Position numbers and translations under genes: made by a program | Notes under the pieces: generated by a model | Database searches by the model: none | What the model was told of the DNA's origin: nothing | The model's input: the letters and a program-made list of their open reading frames with translations, nothing else | In this document: in pieces, positions 10,242 through 18,505 of the stretch | Layout of the letters: each line of letters opens with the position of its first letter | Position numbering within the stretch: position 1 is the first letter of the stretch | DNA from: Mycobacterium tuberculosis H37Rv | GTDB taxonomy: Bacteria > Actinomycetota > Actinomycetes > Mycobacteriales > Mycobacteriaceae | Direction of reading: 5' to 3' | NCBI RefSeq assembly: GCF_000195955.2 | Contig: NC_000962.3 | Span: 1,770,001-1,802,000, forward strand | Length of the DNA stretch: 32,000 bases

Positions 10242-10699
10242 GCGCAGCCCTCGGCATCTCCGCCGGCACCTACAAGCGGCTCAAACGAATCGACAACGCA
10301 ACCCGCAGCGACGACAAAGAAATCCGCCTGTTCGCGGAGAAACAAATGGCGCCGCTGGCCGCCGGATCGCCGAGCTGGAACGGCCGAAAGCCAAGCAGCG
10401 GCAACAGGAAGGCGGCGACCATGGCCGCCAGGCTCGATATTCTGGCTTGGGGCCCATGGGCCCCAAGCCAGAATCGGAGCGTCGTTCGACGAAAACAGAC
10501 ACTGCTATCGGCGCAGCCCTCGGCATCTCCGCCGGCACCTACCGGCGGCTCAAACGAATCGACAACGCAACCCGCAGCGAGTTGGCGCGTGGGCGGCCCG
10601 GCACCCCTAAGCAGAGGCCGCCCACGCCTGGCCCTATCCTACCTACGCGGTAGTCTCCACCTTCAGAACTCGAAACGCGTTGCGCACCAGCACATCTGA
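10199..10699 (+). CDS. phiRv1 HTH-like hypothetical protein (Rv1575-like); possibly chimeric or degraded
   Basis: 166 aa MEPKPSQRHTDKEVGAALGISAGTYKRLKRIDNATRSDDKEIRLFAEKQMAPLAAG...; overlaps the preceding paralogous ORF and runs past the convergent capsid stop. Confidence 0.45.
   Translation: MEPKPSQRHTDKEVGAALGISAGTYKRLKRIDNATRSDDKEIRLFAEKQMAPLAAGSPSWNGRKPSSGNRKAATMAARLDILAWGPWAPSQNRSVVRRKQTLLSAQPSASPPAPTGGSNESTTQPAASWRVGGPAPLSRGRPRLALSYLRGSLHLQNSKRVAHQHI
10439..10474. repeat. Perfect 36 bp palindrome ATTCTGGCTTGGGGCCCA|TGGGCCCCAAGCCAGAAT (copy C)
   Basis: Direct reading; 18 nt arms, no spacer. Confidence 0.97.
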
Positions 10700-12064
10700 T
10701 CCGACCCTGAACCAGGCGAAGAATCCGCGCTGCCCGGTCGGCCGGCGATTCGGCCCGAACAGGTGAGGCACCAACTCCACCATGGACCCAACTCTGTCGC
10801 CGATGAGGAATTGCTTCCAGTCGCCAAGCACCAGTGGATGATTCGTCGCTGTCACCGCCGAATCAACGGTGTCCATGTGGGAGACTTCCAGGACAGACTT
10901 CCCGGCTAGCATCGGCGGACTGTCGTGCAGCGATGGGAATTTCAGCGCGCCATTCGAAGTTTCCGCCTGCCGCAACGTGTTGATGGTGGACAAGTTCGCC
11001 GCGAACGCGGCGCTGGCCTGGAACCTTGGCGGCAGCGCCGACTGCAACGCGTAAACATCCGCCGCCACAATCGCTTCTGACCCCGCGCCGACGACCACCT
11101 GATCGGAGGTGCCGGTTAGCGCGCTGACGAACCCGGTGGGCTCGCCGTTGCCGGAGCCGTTGACGAACGCCGCGGCCTGCAGTTGCTCAACGCTGTCCGC
11201 GAGAATCTTGCCGATCTCGCCAACGAAGCTCGCCGCGTCACCCTCCAGCTCGATGGAGAACGGAATCCAGCAGCTTCCACGGTAGTTCGGCACCGCCGGC
11301 TGGGCCAACGCTGGCGAATCGTCGGACACCTCCTGGGCTTCGGAGTACCAACGAGCTTCGGCGCCTTCGGAAGTCACGCCCCGCCAAATCTCGGAGGTCG
11401 TTTGCACCACCCTCGCCACCTGCCGAATCGGGTTCGTCGACCCATCACCCGACAGCAGGATCGCCGGGTCCAGCGCCGCCGGGATCAGAAACCCGCCTTG
11501 GGTGTCCACCAGGCCCATCGCTCGCTGCTCGGCGGCCACCGCGGCAGCCTCACGCCACGCGGCCGCTTCCCGGTCGGTCCAAACCGTGTGCCCCGCAACA
11601 GGATTGGAAACCCGCTTGACGAACGCGCCCAAATAGTCGCGGCTGCCGGTGGCCGCCAGCCAGCGCTGCGCCCACGAGGTGGACTGCGGCGGCCCGGTGC
11701 GGCACAAGGTTTCCGCGGTCTCCGCCGCCCGCGACGACATCAGGCCGTCTCGCACACAAGAATCCAGTGTGCGAAACGCGGTGTCCCGCAACGAGTTGCC
11801 CGGCGGCGCGTCGCCGTCGTCGCCGCCGGTGGGAGCGCCGGGCACCACCCTCAGCTCACCGGCCCGGTAGCGGCGCAGCGCCTCCTCGGCTTCGCGGCCG
11901 CGGCGGCGCTGCTCCGCCCGCAGTTCCTCGGCGTGGCGCGTCAGCGCCTGAAAACGCTGCGCCGCCTCACCGGTCAGGTCGCCGGCGACACTGTCGAGGA
12001 GCTGCTTCGCCGCGTCACGGGTTTCAGGTAAAGAGAGGTTTTTGATGTCGTCGAATTCGGTCAT
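10643..12064 (-). CDS. Major capsid protein, HK97-like
   Basis: 473 aa; N-terminal scaffold-like coiled coil (MTEFDDIKNLSLPETRDAAKQLLDS...), then GGFLIPAALDPAILLSGDGSTNPIRQVARVVQTTSEIWRGVTSEGAEARWYSEAQEVSDDSP...ELEGDAASF, typical of HK97-fold capsids; adjacent protease gene. Confidence 0.92.
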   Translation of the reverse strand: MTEFDDIKNLSLPETRDAAKQLLDSVAGDLTGEAAQRFQALTRHAEELRAEQRRRGREAEEALRRYRAGELRVVPGAPTGGDDGDAPPGNSLRDTAFRTLDSCVRDGLMSSRAAETAETLCRTGPPQSTSWAQRWLAATGSRDYLGAFVKRVSNPVAGHTVWTDREAAAWREAAAVAAEQRAMGLVDTQGGFLIPAALDPAILLSGDGSTNPIRQVARVVQTTSEIWRGVTSEGAEARWYSEAQEVSDDSPALAQPAVPNYRGSCWIPFSIELEGDAASFVGEIGKILADSVEQLQAAAFVNGSGNGEPTGFVSALTGTSDQVVVGAGSEAIVAADVYALQSALPPRFQASAAFAANLSTINTLRQAETSNGALKFPSLHDSPPMLAGKSVLEVSHMDTVDSAVTATNHPLVLGDWKQFLIGDRVGSMVELVPHLFGPNRRPTGQRGFFAWFRVGSDVLVRNAFRVLKVETTA

Positions 12065-12071
12065 AGATTGT

Positions 12072-12584
12072 TCACCAATCGAGTAGGGACAGCCAGGCTT
12101 CGGCTGTCGAACGGGAAACGACTGTAAGCGATTCCGCGCGCACCCCGGCGATTTGTGCCCCCGAATAGGCCGGAACGCCGGTTAGGGAAACCTCTAACAG
12201 CGCCGCTTCGACGCGCACCAGCACATCCCCTTCGCGACGGTCCCGGATCGGTCGGAAACCCACCGAAAACGAGTCGACGACACCAGCTTTTACGTTCGCC
12301 AAAGCCTCGTCGCCGTCCGGGGTGTCCGCAATCTCGAACGCCCCGAACAAGCCGTGAGGCTCCTCCCGCAACTCAACGGCCCGGCCCACCGGGTAGCGGG
12401 TTCGAGCGTCGTGAGAGACCAGCAGCTTCAATTTGTGGCCGCGCTCGGCGATGGAGCGCCGAAAAGCGCCAGGAGCGAACATTTCCTGGAACTCGCCGTC
12501 GAAGTCGCGGACGGTGGTCGCCTCGTTGTAGGGCACGATGGTGCCGTGCACGGTTCGGCCTTCGCCAGACCGCAGCTCGGCCAT
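12072..12584 (-). CDS. HK97-family prohead protease
   Basis: 170 aa MAELRSGEGRTVHGTIVPYNEATTVRDFDGEFQEMFAPGAFRRSI...LLVSHDARTRYPVGRAVELREEPHGLFGAFEIADTPDGDEALANVKAGVVDSFSVGFRP; start chosen at 12584. Confidence 0.93.
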   Translation of the reverse strand: MAELRSGEGRTVHGTIVPYNEATTVRDFDGEFQEMFAPGAFRRSIAERGHKLKLLVSHDARTRYPVGRAVELREEPHGLFGAFEIADTPDGDEALANVKAGVVDSFSVGFRPIRDRREGDVLVRVEAALLEVSLTGVPAYSGAQIAGVRAESLTVVSRSTAEAWLSLLDW

Positions 12585-12757
12585 GCGGAAAAGGATGCTA
12601 CTCAAAATTCGGCCACCACCTAGCAGACGCAAGAAACGCGCGGAATCGCTTGTGGCGCATGGCGGCCGCTATCCGGGTTCCAGCCGCCCCGCGGCGACTG
12701 CCCGGCGTCAGCGGATGCCGAGATGCCAAACTCGATTGTATCACACACAAAAGGTCA

Positions 12758-13228
12758 TCACCGGTCCGGGGCAAACGGGTTGAGCCCGTCGCCGTCGTCG
12801 CCCGGCGCCACCGCCAGTCGCTGCTCGGCGGCCGGGGTCAGGCCAAACTCGGAGGCCAAGCGCAGCAGATGCATGCGCGCCGTCTCCGCAACCGTCACCG
12901 CCGGGTTCCGGTGCACGACACCGGATTTCGGTGAGGTAATTGTGAGGCCTTCGGCGCGGACCCGCTGAACCGCCGCGACGTAGACGGACCAGGTCTCGCA
13001 GTACGCGGACAGGAGCGCCCGATCCTCAGGTTTGAGCAGGTCAAGCCGCTCCAAAGTCGGTGCGACGCGCCGCCATTCGGCCAGCGCCTCGGCGTCGAGC
13101 CAGTCCGGGGCATCCGGTGCCTGACGGATAAACTTCGGCGACTCGGGGACTTTCCGGCCGCCGGAATCGCGGCCGGGGGAGCGGCCCTCAACCAGTTTGA
13201 GCCGGGCCGGTTTCGGTGGTCTTGGCAT
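12758..13228 (-). CDS. Phage terminase small subunit-like (P27 family)
   Basis: 156 aa MPRPPKPARLKLVEGRSPGRDSGGRKVPESPKF...WLDAEALAEWRRVAPTLERLDLLKPEDRALLSAYCETWSVYVAAVQ, a P27 small terminase pattern. Confidence 0.8.
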   Translation of the reverse strand: MPRPPKPARLKLVEGRSPGRDSGGRKVPESPKFIRQAPDAPDWLDAEALAEWRRVAPTLERLDLLKPEDRALLSAYCETWSVYVAAVQRVRAEGLTITSPKSGVVHRNPAVTVAETARMHLLRLASEFGLTPAAEQRLAVAPGDDGDGLNPFAPDR

Positions 13229-13308
13229 CGGTCCTCCCATCAATTTTTAGTCTAGGTAATGAGCGTGCATGCGCGCCGGCACCGTGGCGGTGTCCGGGCT
13301 GGGCCTGG

Positions 13309-13623
13309 TCACGATGGCGACCCCGCCCCCTGGTCGTCGTCCTGCTCGATAGGTCGGGCGTCTCGCAGCGGGTCGTTGCCGGGATACGACGCGTGGAAGG
13401 CAAGCCAGTCACGATCGGCATGGACAAGAACATTGCCTCCGGCTTCGAGGTAGGCGTTCTCGGTGTCGCCGCGGAGGATAAGTGTTCCGTCTTTCGCGAA
13501 GGATTCGAGTGCTTCGACCGCCGCATCGGGTGAGCAACCCGTCTGCGAGCAGACAACCTGGACTGCCAGCTCGTGCATCAGTTGTCGTTCGTCGTTGGTC
13601 AGGGGCCGGTTGATCGGGGTCAC
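13309..13623 (-). CDS. phiRv1 hypothetical protein (Rv1579c-like)
   Basis: 104 aa from GTG 13623: MTPINRPLTNDERQLMHELAVQVVCSQTGCSPDAAVEALESFAKDGTLILRG.... Confidence 0.75.
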   Translation of the reverse strand: MTPINRPLTNDERQLMHELAVQVVCSQTGCSPDAAVEALESFAKDGTLILRGDTENAYLEAGGNVLVHADRDWLAFHASYPGNDPLRDARPIEQDDDQGAGSPS

Positions 13624-13892
13624 TGGTCGACCTCTATGGTGTCGTCGGTGCTGTCGGCGACACCCTCGGCGATTAGGAACGGGCACGGCTTACCGACGTC
13701 GACGGGACAGTTCGCGCGCTTCCATTTGTTGTCGGCGACACCCATGACGGGTTCGCCGGTCTGCAGGTTCGGCAGGATGATGTACGGCACGGCGTCACCA
13801 CAGCGTTTGCAGGTCGCCATACCGACATCGGCGTTGAAAGCCATGTCGGCGATTCGTCGCCGCAGTTCGGCGTGGTCGGGGGTTTCAGCCAT
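13620..13892 (-). CDS. phiRv1 small Cys-rich protein (Rv1580c-like), possible Zn-binding
   Basis: 90 aa MAETPDHAELRRRIADMAFNADVGMATCKRCGDAVPYIILPNLQ...KRANCPVDVGKPCPFL with CxxC...C...C. Overlaps the downstream start by 4 nt. Confidence 0.8.
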   Translation of the reverse strand: MAETPDHAELRRRIADMAFNADVGMATCKRCGDAVPYIILPNLQTGEPVMGVADNKWKRANCPVDVGKPCPFLIAEGVADSTDDTIEVDQ

Positions 13893-13905
13893 GGCTTGTG
13901 TCCTT

Positions 13906-14301
13906 TCAAGCAGGGTTGGTAAGTGCGGTTCTGGCGGCATTGAGCTGCTGTTGCAGTATCGGGCATCCGGTTGGGGCGTCGGGGTGCAGCACTTTGGATA
14001 AAGCCCTGTACACGGCGGGTGTCCGCTGGGGTCCGACCGCCCGGAACAACGCTTTGGCCCAGTCGGTGCACTGCTGTTGCGCCGGGTCGGCGGGTCCGGT
14101 GACGGTGTGGCCGTGGTAGCGCAGCTCGGCGGCCAGCAGTGGGGTCCAGTCAGCGTCGATGAACCAGCAGCGGGTGTGCGCGGACCAGGAGCGGGCATAG
14201 GCGGGGATCGTGGACTTGATCAACGACACGATCGCAGAGTCGTAGGCGAATCGGACGCTGTGCCGACCGCCGGATGCCGGGGTGATCGCGACAGCGGTCA
14301 T
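13906..14301 (-). CDS. phiRv1 hypothetical protein (Rv1581c-like)
   Basis: 131 aa from ATG 14301: MTAVAITPASGGRHSVRFAYDSAIVSLIKSTIPAYARSWSAHTRCWFIDADW.... Confidence 0.8.
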   Translation of the reverse strand: MTAVAITPASGGRHSVRFAYDSAIVSLIKSTIPAYARSWSAHTRCWFIDADWTPLLAAELRYHGHTVTGPADPAQQQCTDWAKALFRAVGPQRTPAVYRALSKVLHPDAPTGCPILQQQLNAARTALTNPA

Positions 14302-14513
14302 GCGGCACCGCCGGTGTTTGCTGGTTTGGCGGTACAGTCCGCCCGGTGGCGGCCGTGAACGGCCAGGTAGGTACCGCATCCTGGGCAGAACGGCACGGCA
14401 GGCCGTGACGCATGTGACGTTTGCGCGGTATAACCGCCATACGTGCGCGCGCGTAGGCGAACCTGGAAATGCGTCACATGCGTCACGTTAGGTGTGCTAA
14501 TCATCGAAATCAT
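14298..14513 (-). CDS. Putative small zinc-ribbon protein (candidate unannotated phage gene)
   Basis: 71 aa MISMISTPNVTHVTHFQVRLRARTYGGYTAQTSHASRPAVPFCPGCGTYLAVHGRHRADCTAKPANTGGAA; CPGCG and HRADC motifs; overlaps the next gene by ATGA and abuts the previous one. Confidence 0.6.
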   Translation of the reverse strand: MISMISTPNVTHVTHFQVRLRARTYGGYTAQTSHASRPAVPFCPGCGTYLAVHGRHRADCTAKPANTGGAA

Positions 14514-15912
14514 CGGCCCCTCTCACCGCTATTCCGGCCCGCCAACGACCATCACGGGCCTTGTCAGTGACCGGGTATCCGTGGGTGTCGAGCGACTGGC
14601 CGAACGCTTTGCGCGAGATTTCGGGTACGCCTTCTTGCACCCGCCACCTTTGCCACGCCTCGAACAGATGCGTAGTAGTGGCTTTCAGCACCGGCGAGCT
14701 GGTGACGCATTCGTCGTCGATGAACCTCTTTATCGTGTCGGAGTCCTCGCGGTAATTCGACGTTGCCGCGAGCACCGCGTCCGGCTGGGATAGTCCGATT
14801 CGCTGATAGTCGCTCCATCCGGCCACCGCCCAGGACAGGATGCTGTCGGCCTCCAACTGCAACCGTGCGTCCAGTTCCCGGTCCTGCTCGTCGGCAGGAA
14901 TCACTACTTCAAACGGCACCACTCGAATTCGCCGCCAGATGGCCGTATCATCGCCGGGCACTCTCGGTAGGTGGTTGGTGATGAGCAGTGGGGTATGTGA
15001 CGGCGTGAATTCCACGAAGTCTTGCCGCATCTTTCGGGCGCGGATGGTGTCGCCGCCAGTCAGCCGTTTTATCGTTGATTCGGCCAGCCGGCGATCTTTT
15101 TCGCTCTCGGATACCGCTACCCATCGCACGCCGCGGAGGTCCATTTCGCCTGTTGGGTGAGCGTTTTCCCGGTGCATGAAAAGGTCAGGCTCAGCGGTGC
15201 AGGCATAATCGCCAAGGGCATAGCGAATCGCCTTGTCGAACACAGATTTTCCGTTGGCACCTACACCGATAAGAATCGCCAGGACATGTTCGCGGACGGT
15301 GCCTAGTAGGCCGACGCCGGCCAGGCGTTGCACGAACCCGCGCACACCTTCATCGGGCAGAACGCGGGTCAAGAACGCTTGCCAGAGAGGCGATTCGGTG
15401 TCGGACTGGTAGGCACCGCGGCATATCTTTGTGATGCGGTCAGCGGGCGCGTGGGGCCGCAATTTGAGCGTGTGCAGGTCCAGCGTCCCATTCGCGACGT
15501 TGAGCAAGTGCGGGTCGCTGTCGAGGTCGGCTACCGTCGCGGCGAATGGTACCAGTGCGGCGGCCAGGTCGAGCACGCCGGCCACGCCGGACGCCGATTC
15601 GCATTTTCGGACGTCGGCGCGTAATTCCTTGTCGTTGAGGCTGTCTGAGAGCGCTTGGCGCAGCTCTGCCAGCACTGCACGTTTGGCTTCGCCGCGGTCG
15701 TCGGCTGCCCAGCGTCTGCCGTCCCAGGAGTGCCAGCCGATCCCGGCCACGTGCAGCAGCTTGTCCTGGTAACGTTCGGCTAGCCGGTAGGCGATTCGGG
15801 CTTGGCCGCGATGAACTTGCGTCGGTTTGCCACCGTCGTCGATGAGCACGTGCCCGTCCCGGTCGATCCAGGGGGCGTCGGGATAGTCGGTGCCGTAGGG
15901 GATGTCGGCCAT
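14497..15912 (-). CDS. Phage/plasmid primase-helicase, P4/D5 family (SF3 helicase)
   Basis: 471 aa; Walker A GVGANGKSVF, D5N-like N-terminus, LLITNHLPRVPGDDTAIWRRIRVVPFEV (SF3 motif C/arginine-finger region). Confidence 0.93.
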   Translation of the reverse strand: MADIPYGTDYPDAPWIDRDGHVLIDDGGKPTQVHRGQARIAYRLAERYQDKLLHVAGIGWHSWDGRRWAADDRGEAKRAVLAELRQALSDSLNDKELRADVRKCESASGVAGVLDLAAALVPFAATVADLDSDPHLLNVANGTLDLHTLKLRPHAPADRITKICRGAYQSDTESPLWQAFLTRVLPDEGVRGFVQRLAGVGLLGTVREHVLAILIGVGANGKSVFDKAIRYALGDYACTAEPDLFMHRENAHPTGEMDLRGVRWVAVSESEKDRRLAESTIKRLTGGDTIRARKMRQDFVEFTPSHTPLLITNHLPRVPGDDTAIWRRIRVVPFEVVIPADEQDRELDARLQLEADSILSWAVAGWSDYQRIGLSQPDAVLAATSNYREDSDTIKRFIDDECVTSSPVLKATTTHLFEAWQRWRVQEGVPEISRKAFGQSLDTHGYPVTDKARDGRWRAGIAVRGADDFDD

Positions 15913-16310
15913 CACGCCACCCCCGCCCGCGGGATGTACACGCCGCGCCGTCGGACGATCTCGCGGGCGATGCCGGGCCAGTCGGCGGCCGCAGATACGT
16001 CACGTGACGCCTGCGCCATCGCCTCCTGGCACGTCTCTACCCTCAGAGCCCAGTGCCGGGCTGCGTCGCAGATCGCGGCCCATTTGCGAGGATCGGCGTC
16101 GTCGAGCTGACGCCAGGCCGGTGTGCCGGCCATCGGCCACGACCCGGCAGCATCCAGGACCGGCGCGACATGCTCGTGCACCGACCACCACGACACGGCG
16201 CGTGACGCGGTAGGATCGGCGCTAGACGGTGTGGCGACTGTCGCGGGTGCCCGGTCCTCCGTGGCCGGGCATCGTCGCGTCGGCGGCGACCCGCCGGCGC
16301 CGGCGGTCAT
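15912..16310 (-). CDS. phiRv1 hypothetical protein (Rv1583c-like, DUF2742-like)
   Basis: 132 aa; ...SWWSVHEHVAPVLDAAGSWPMAGTPAWRQLDDADPRKWAAICDAARHWALRVETCQEAMAQASRDVSAAADWPGIAREIVRRRGVYIPRA. ATGA overlaps with both neighbours. Confidence 0.8.
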   Translation of the reverse strand: MTAGAGGSPPTRRCPATEDRAPATVATPSSADPTASRAVSWWSVHEHVAPVLDAAGSWPMAGTPAWRQLDDADPRKWAAICDAARHWALRVETCQEAMAQASRDVSAAADWPGIAREIVRRRGVYIPRAGVA

Positions 16311-16528
16311 CGGGCACCGCCTGACCGCCGCACGGGGCGCAGCAGCTCGGCCAGCCGGGTGCGCTGCTCGTCAGTCAGGGGCGGCGCTGCGGCGAGGGTG
16401 CGGATGAGGTAGTCCGCGATGTTCGCGGCAACGAGATCGGTTTTCGCGGCGATGAACTCGGGATCGTCGGATGCGCGGGAACGAGACAGTGCGGCTACGC
16501 GGCCGCGATGATGGTAGATGGTCGACAC
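16307..16528 (-). CDS. xis: Excisionase / recombination directionality factor (Rv1584c-like)
   Basis: 73 aa from GTG 16528: MSTIYHHRGRVAALSRSRASDDPEFIAAKTDLVAANIADYLIRTLAAAPPLTDEQRTRLAELLRPVRR. Functional assignment recalled from phiRv1 literature, not readable from the sequence alone. Confidence 0.75.
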   Translation of the reverse strand: MSTIYHHRGRVAALSRSRASDDPEFIAAKTDLVAANIADYLIRTLAAAPPLTDEQRTRLAELLRPVRRSGGAR

Positions 16529-16583
16529 GTGCGACTCCTTGGGGACACCAAAACCCCGGAGTCGAAGCCGGCTACGTCGGAGT

Positions 16584-17099
16584 CTAGCAGCTACCACGCG
16601 TTGGGGTGGCGCGTAGTTTGTTCGGCGTGTCGCTTTCGCAGAGCGTGCGCCACAGCCACATGGCGACGACCACCGCGTCCGACTGCACCGCAAAACCCGG
16701 TGCGTAGTCGGGGTTGCCGGCCAGTCCGGTCAGTAGCCGCGGAACGTTCTCGCACAGTGTTTGCAGGTCGCCGTTGCGAACCCGCACGGGCCGCTGCTCG
16801 CACGTGCGCACGCCGGCGGCGCCGTACCTCAGGCAGGCGAATTCCCAGTGCAGCCGCACCCACCCGTCGCGGCGCATTTCAGGTCGTAGGCGAGACTCGT
16901 TGGGCGGCAAGCCAATAACGGCTCGCGGCTGGTTGTCGTCGTCGAGTAATGTTGCCACCGCTGGCGCCTGCGGTAACCAGCCCTGGGTCTCGTCGACCCA
17001 AATGATCGGCGCGACAAGATCGCAGCGCTCGTGTTCGATGCGGCCATCGCCTTTGCGGCCGTGGTCACAGACGATCACGATGTTGTGGTGCCGGCTCAT
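16584..17099 (-). CDS. phiRv1 hypothetical protein (Rv1585c-like)
   Basis: 171 aa from ATG 17099 [42 protein letters not shown]...; 4 nt overlap with the integrase stop. Confidence 0.75.
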   Translation of the reverse strand: MSRHHNIVIVCDHGRKGDGRIEHERCDLVAPIIWVDETQGWLPQAPAVATLLDDDNQPRAVIGLPPNESRLRPEMRRDGWVRLHWEFACLRYGAAGVRTCEQRPVRVRNGDLQTLCENVPRLLTGLAGNPDYAPGFAVQSDAVVVAMWLWRTLCESDTPNKLRATPTRGSC

Positions 17100-18505
17100 C
17101 GCCAATTCACCTGCACCCGTTCGGGATTGAATATCCTGCCGCTCTTGCCGACCGGCTGGACAACGACTTCAGCGAGGACGTCGAGGACGGCGCGGAACCG
17201 GTCCGGCGACAGCTCGGCTATCATCCCGGCGACTTGCGGTGTTCCCAACGGTATCCCGTCGAACACTCGGAGCCGTTCCTGATCCTGTTGGCGGGCCTGA
17301 AGTTTCGTTATCTTGGCGTTGACGATGTCGGTGCTGATCTTCACCTGGCGCGCGGTCAGTAGCCCTTCGGCGCGTTCGACGGCGAGCCTGTCCAGCTCCC
17401 CGTAGAGGGTTTCCAGTTCCAGGCGGATGGTTTCGGCTTCGGCGGCGTCGTGAATCTCCCGGCGCAACAAGTCAACGGCGTCGGGCATGGCCAGCCGCTC
17501 GGCCACGATGTGATACAGGATCGGTTCGATGTTGTCGGCCAGGATGGCCACCCCGTGGCACGCCTTGCACACGTAGACGACCTGGCCGTCGGTGCGGTAG
17601 CTGCCGGCCAGGTGGTTGCCGCATTTGCCGCAGCCTGCCAGCCCGGTCAGCAGGTGGCGGCGCACGCTTTTGCGGCCGGGGGCGCGGCCGGGGGCGTCCA
17701 GCACGGCCTGGGCGGCCCAGAACGTCGCCTCGTCCACCAGCGGCGACCACTGGGCCTTGCCGACAATCGCGTCGCGGTCCACCGGGCCGTAGCGGGCACC
17801 CTTATATGCGCGTAGTCCGGCGTTGCGGGGTTTGCGCAAGAATTTCGACAGCGTTGTAGTCGTCCACGGGCGGCCGGTGATGGTGAACGCCCCGGCGTCG
17901 TTCCACTGGCGGCACACGTCGCCCAGGGACGCCCCGGCGAGGATGTCGGCGTAGGCCTGTTTGACCAGCGGCGCTGTCCGGGGGTCGGGTTCGGGACCGT
18001 TGGGGCCGGGCAGGTAGCCGAAGGCTTTCGACCAGTTGGGGTGGCCGCGTTCAGCTTTCTGGCGGGCGGCGCGGCGCTGTCGTGCCTTCTTGTGCTCGGT
18101 TTCGTGAGCGGCCACCGACCCCTTCAGGCGGGCGACTAGCCGGCCCTGGGGTGTCGCCAGGTCAACGTCGCCGGCGACGGTGGCCAGGGCCAGCCGCTTC
18201 TCGTCGGCTAATGACATGAAGGCTTCCAGCTCGATGGGACGGCGATGGAGCCGGTCCAGGTCCCAGGCCACCACGGCGGCGATCTTGCCGGCGGTGATGT
18301 CGGCCAACATCTGCTCGTAGGCGGGGCGGCGCTTGCCGGTTGATGCGCTGACGTCGTTGTCGAGGTACTCGACGGGCACCCATTTTCGCTGCCCGCACAG
18401 CTTTAGGCAGTCCTCGCGTTGGCGGGCCACGCCGAGCTGTTCGCCGGAGCGGTCTTCTGAGATTCGGAGGTAGACAGCAGCACGCACAGGTGTAGTGTAT
18501 CTCAC
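17096..18505 (-). CDS. int: Large serine recombinase, phage integrase
   Basis: 469 aa; N-term [59 protein letters not shown], zinc-ribbon region [28 protein letters not shown]. Confidence 0.97.
   Translation of the reverse strand: MRYTTPVRAAVYLRISEDRSGEQLGVARQREDCLKLCGQRKWVPVEYLDNDVSASTGKRRPAYEQMLADITAGKIAAVVAWDLDRLHRRPIELEAFMSLADEKRLALATVAGDVDLATPQGRLVARLKGSVAAHETEHKKARQRRAARQKAERGHPNWSKAFGYLPGPNGPEPDPRTAPLVKQAYADILAGASLGDVCRQWNDAGAFTITGRPWTTTTLSKFLRKPRNAGLRAYKGARYGPVDRDAIVGKAQWSPLVDEATFWAAQAVLDAPGRAPGRKSVRRHLLTGLAGCGKCGNHLAGSYRTDGQVVYVCKACHGVAILADNIEPILYHIVAERLAMPDAVDLLRREIHDAAEAETIRLELETLYGELDRLAVERAEGLLTARQVKISTDIVNAKITKLQARQQDQERLRVFDGIPLGTPQVAGMIAELSPDRFRAVLDVLAEVVVQPVGKSGRIFNPERVQVNWR

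Larger units (their letters stand above)
9811..10585 (+). repeat. Three tandem degenerate copies of a ~257-269 bp HTH-coding module
   Basis: Shared landmark GAGAAACAAATGGCGCCGCTGG starts at 9811, 10080 and 10337 (second copy has GCCGCTGG followed by T). Shared landmark GGCGCAGCCCTCGGCATCTCCGCCGGCACCTAC(C/A)(G/A)GCGGCTCAAACGAATCGACAACGCAACCC is in each copy. Outer end approximate. Confidence 0.93.

Noticed and set aside
12155-12934. 259-aa plus-strand ORF opposite the prohead protease
   Set aside because: Arg/Pro-rich translation without domain features; the minus strand encodes a convincing HK97 protease.
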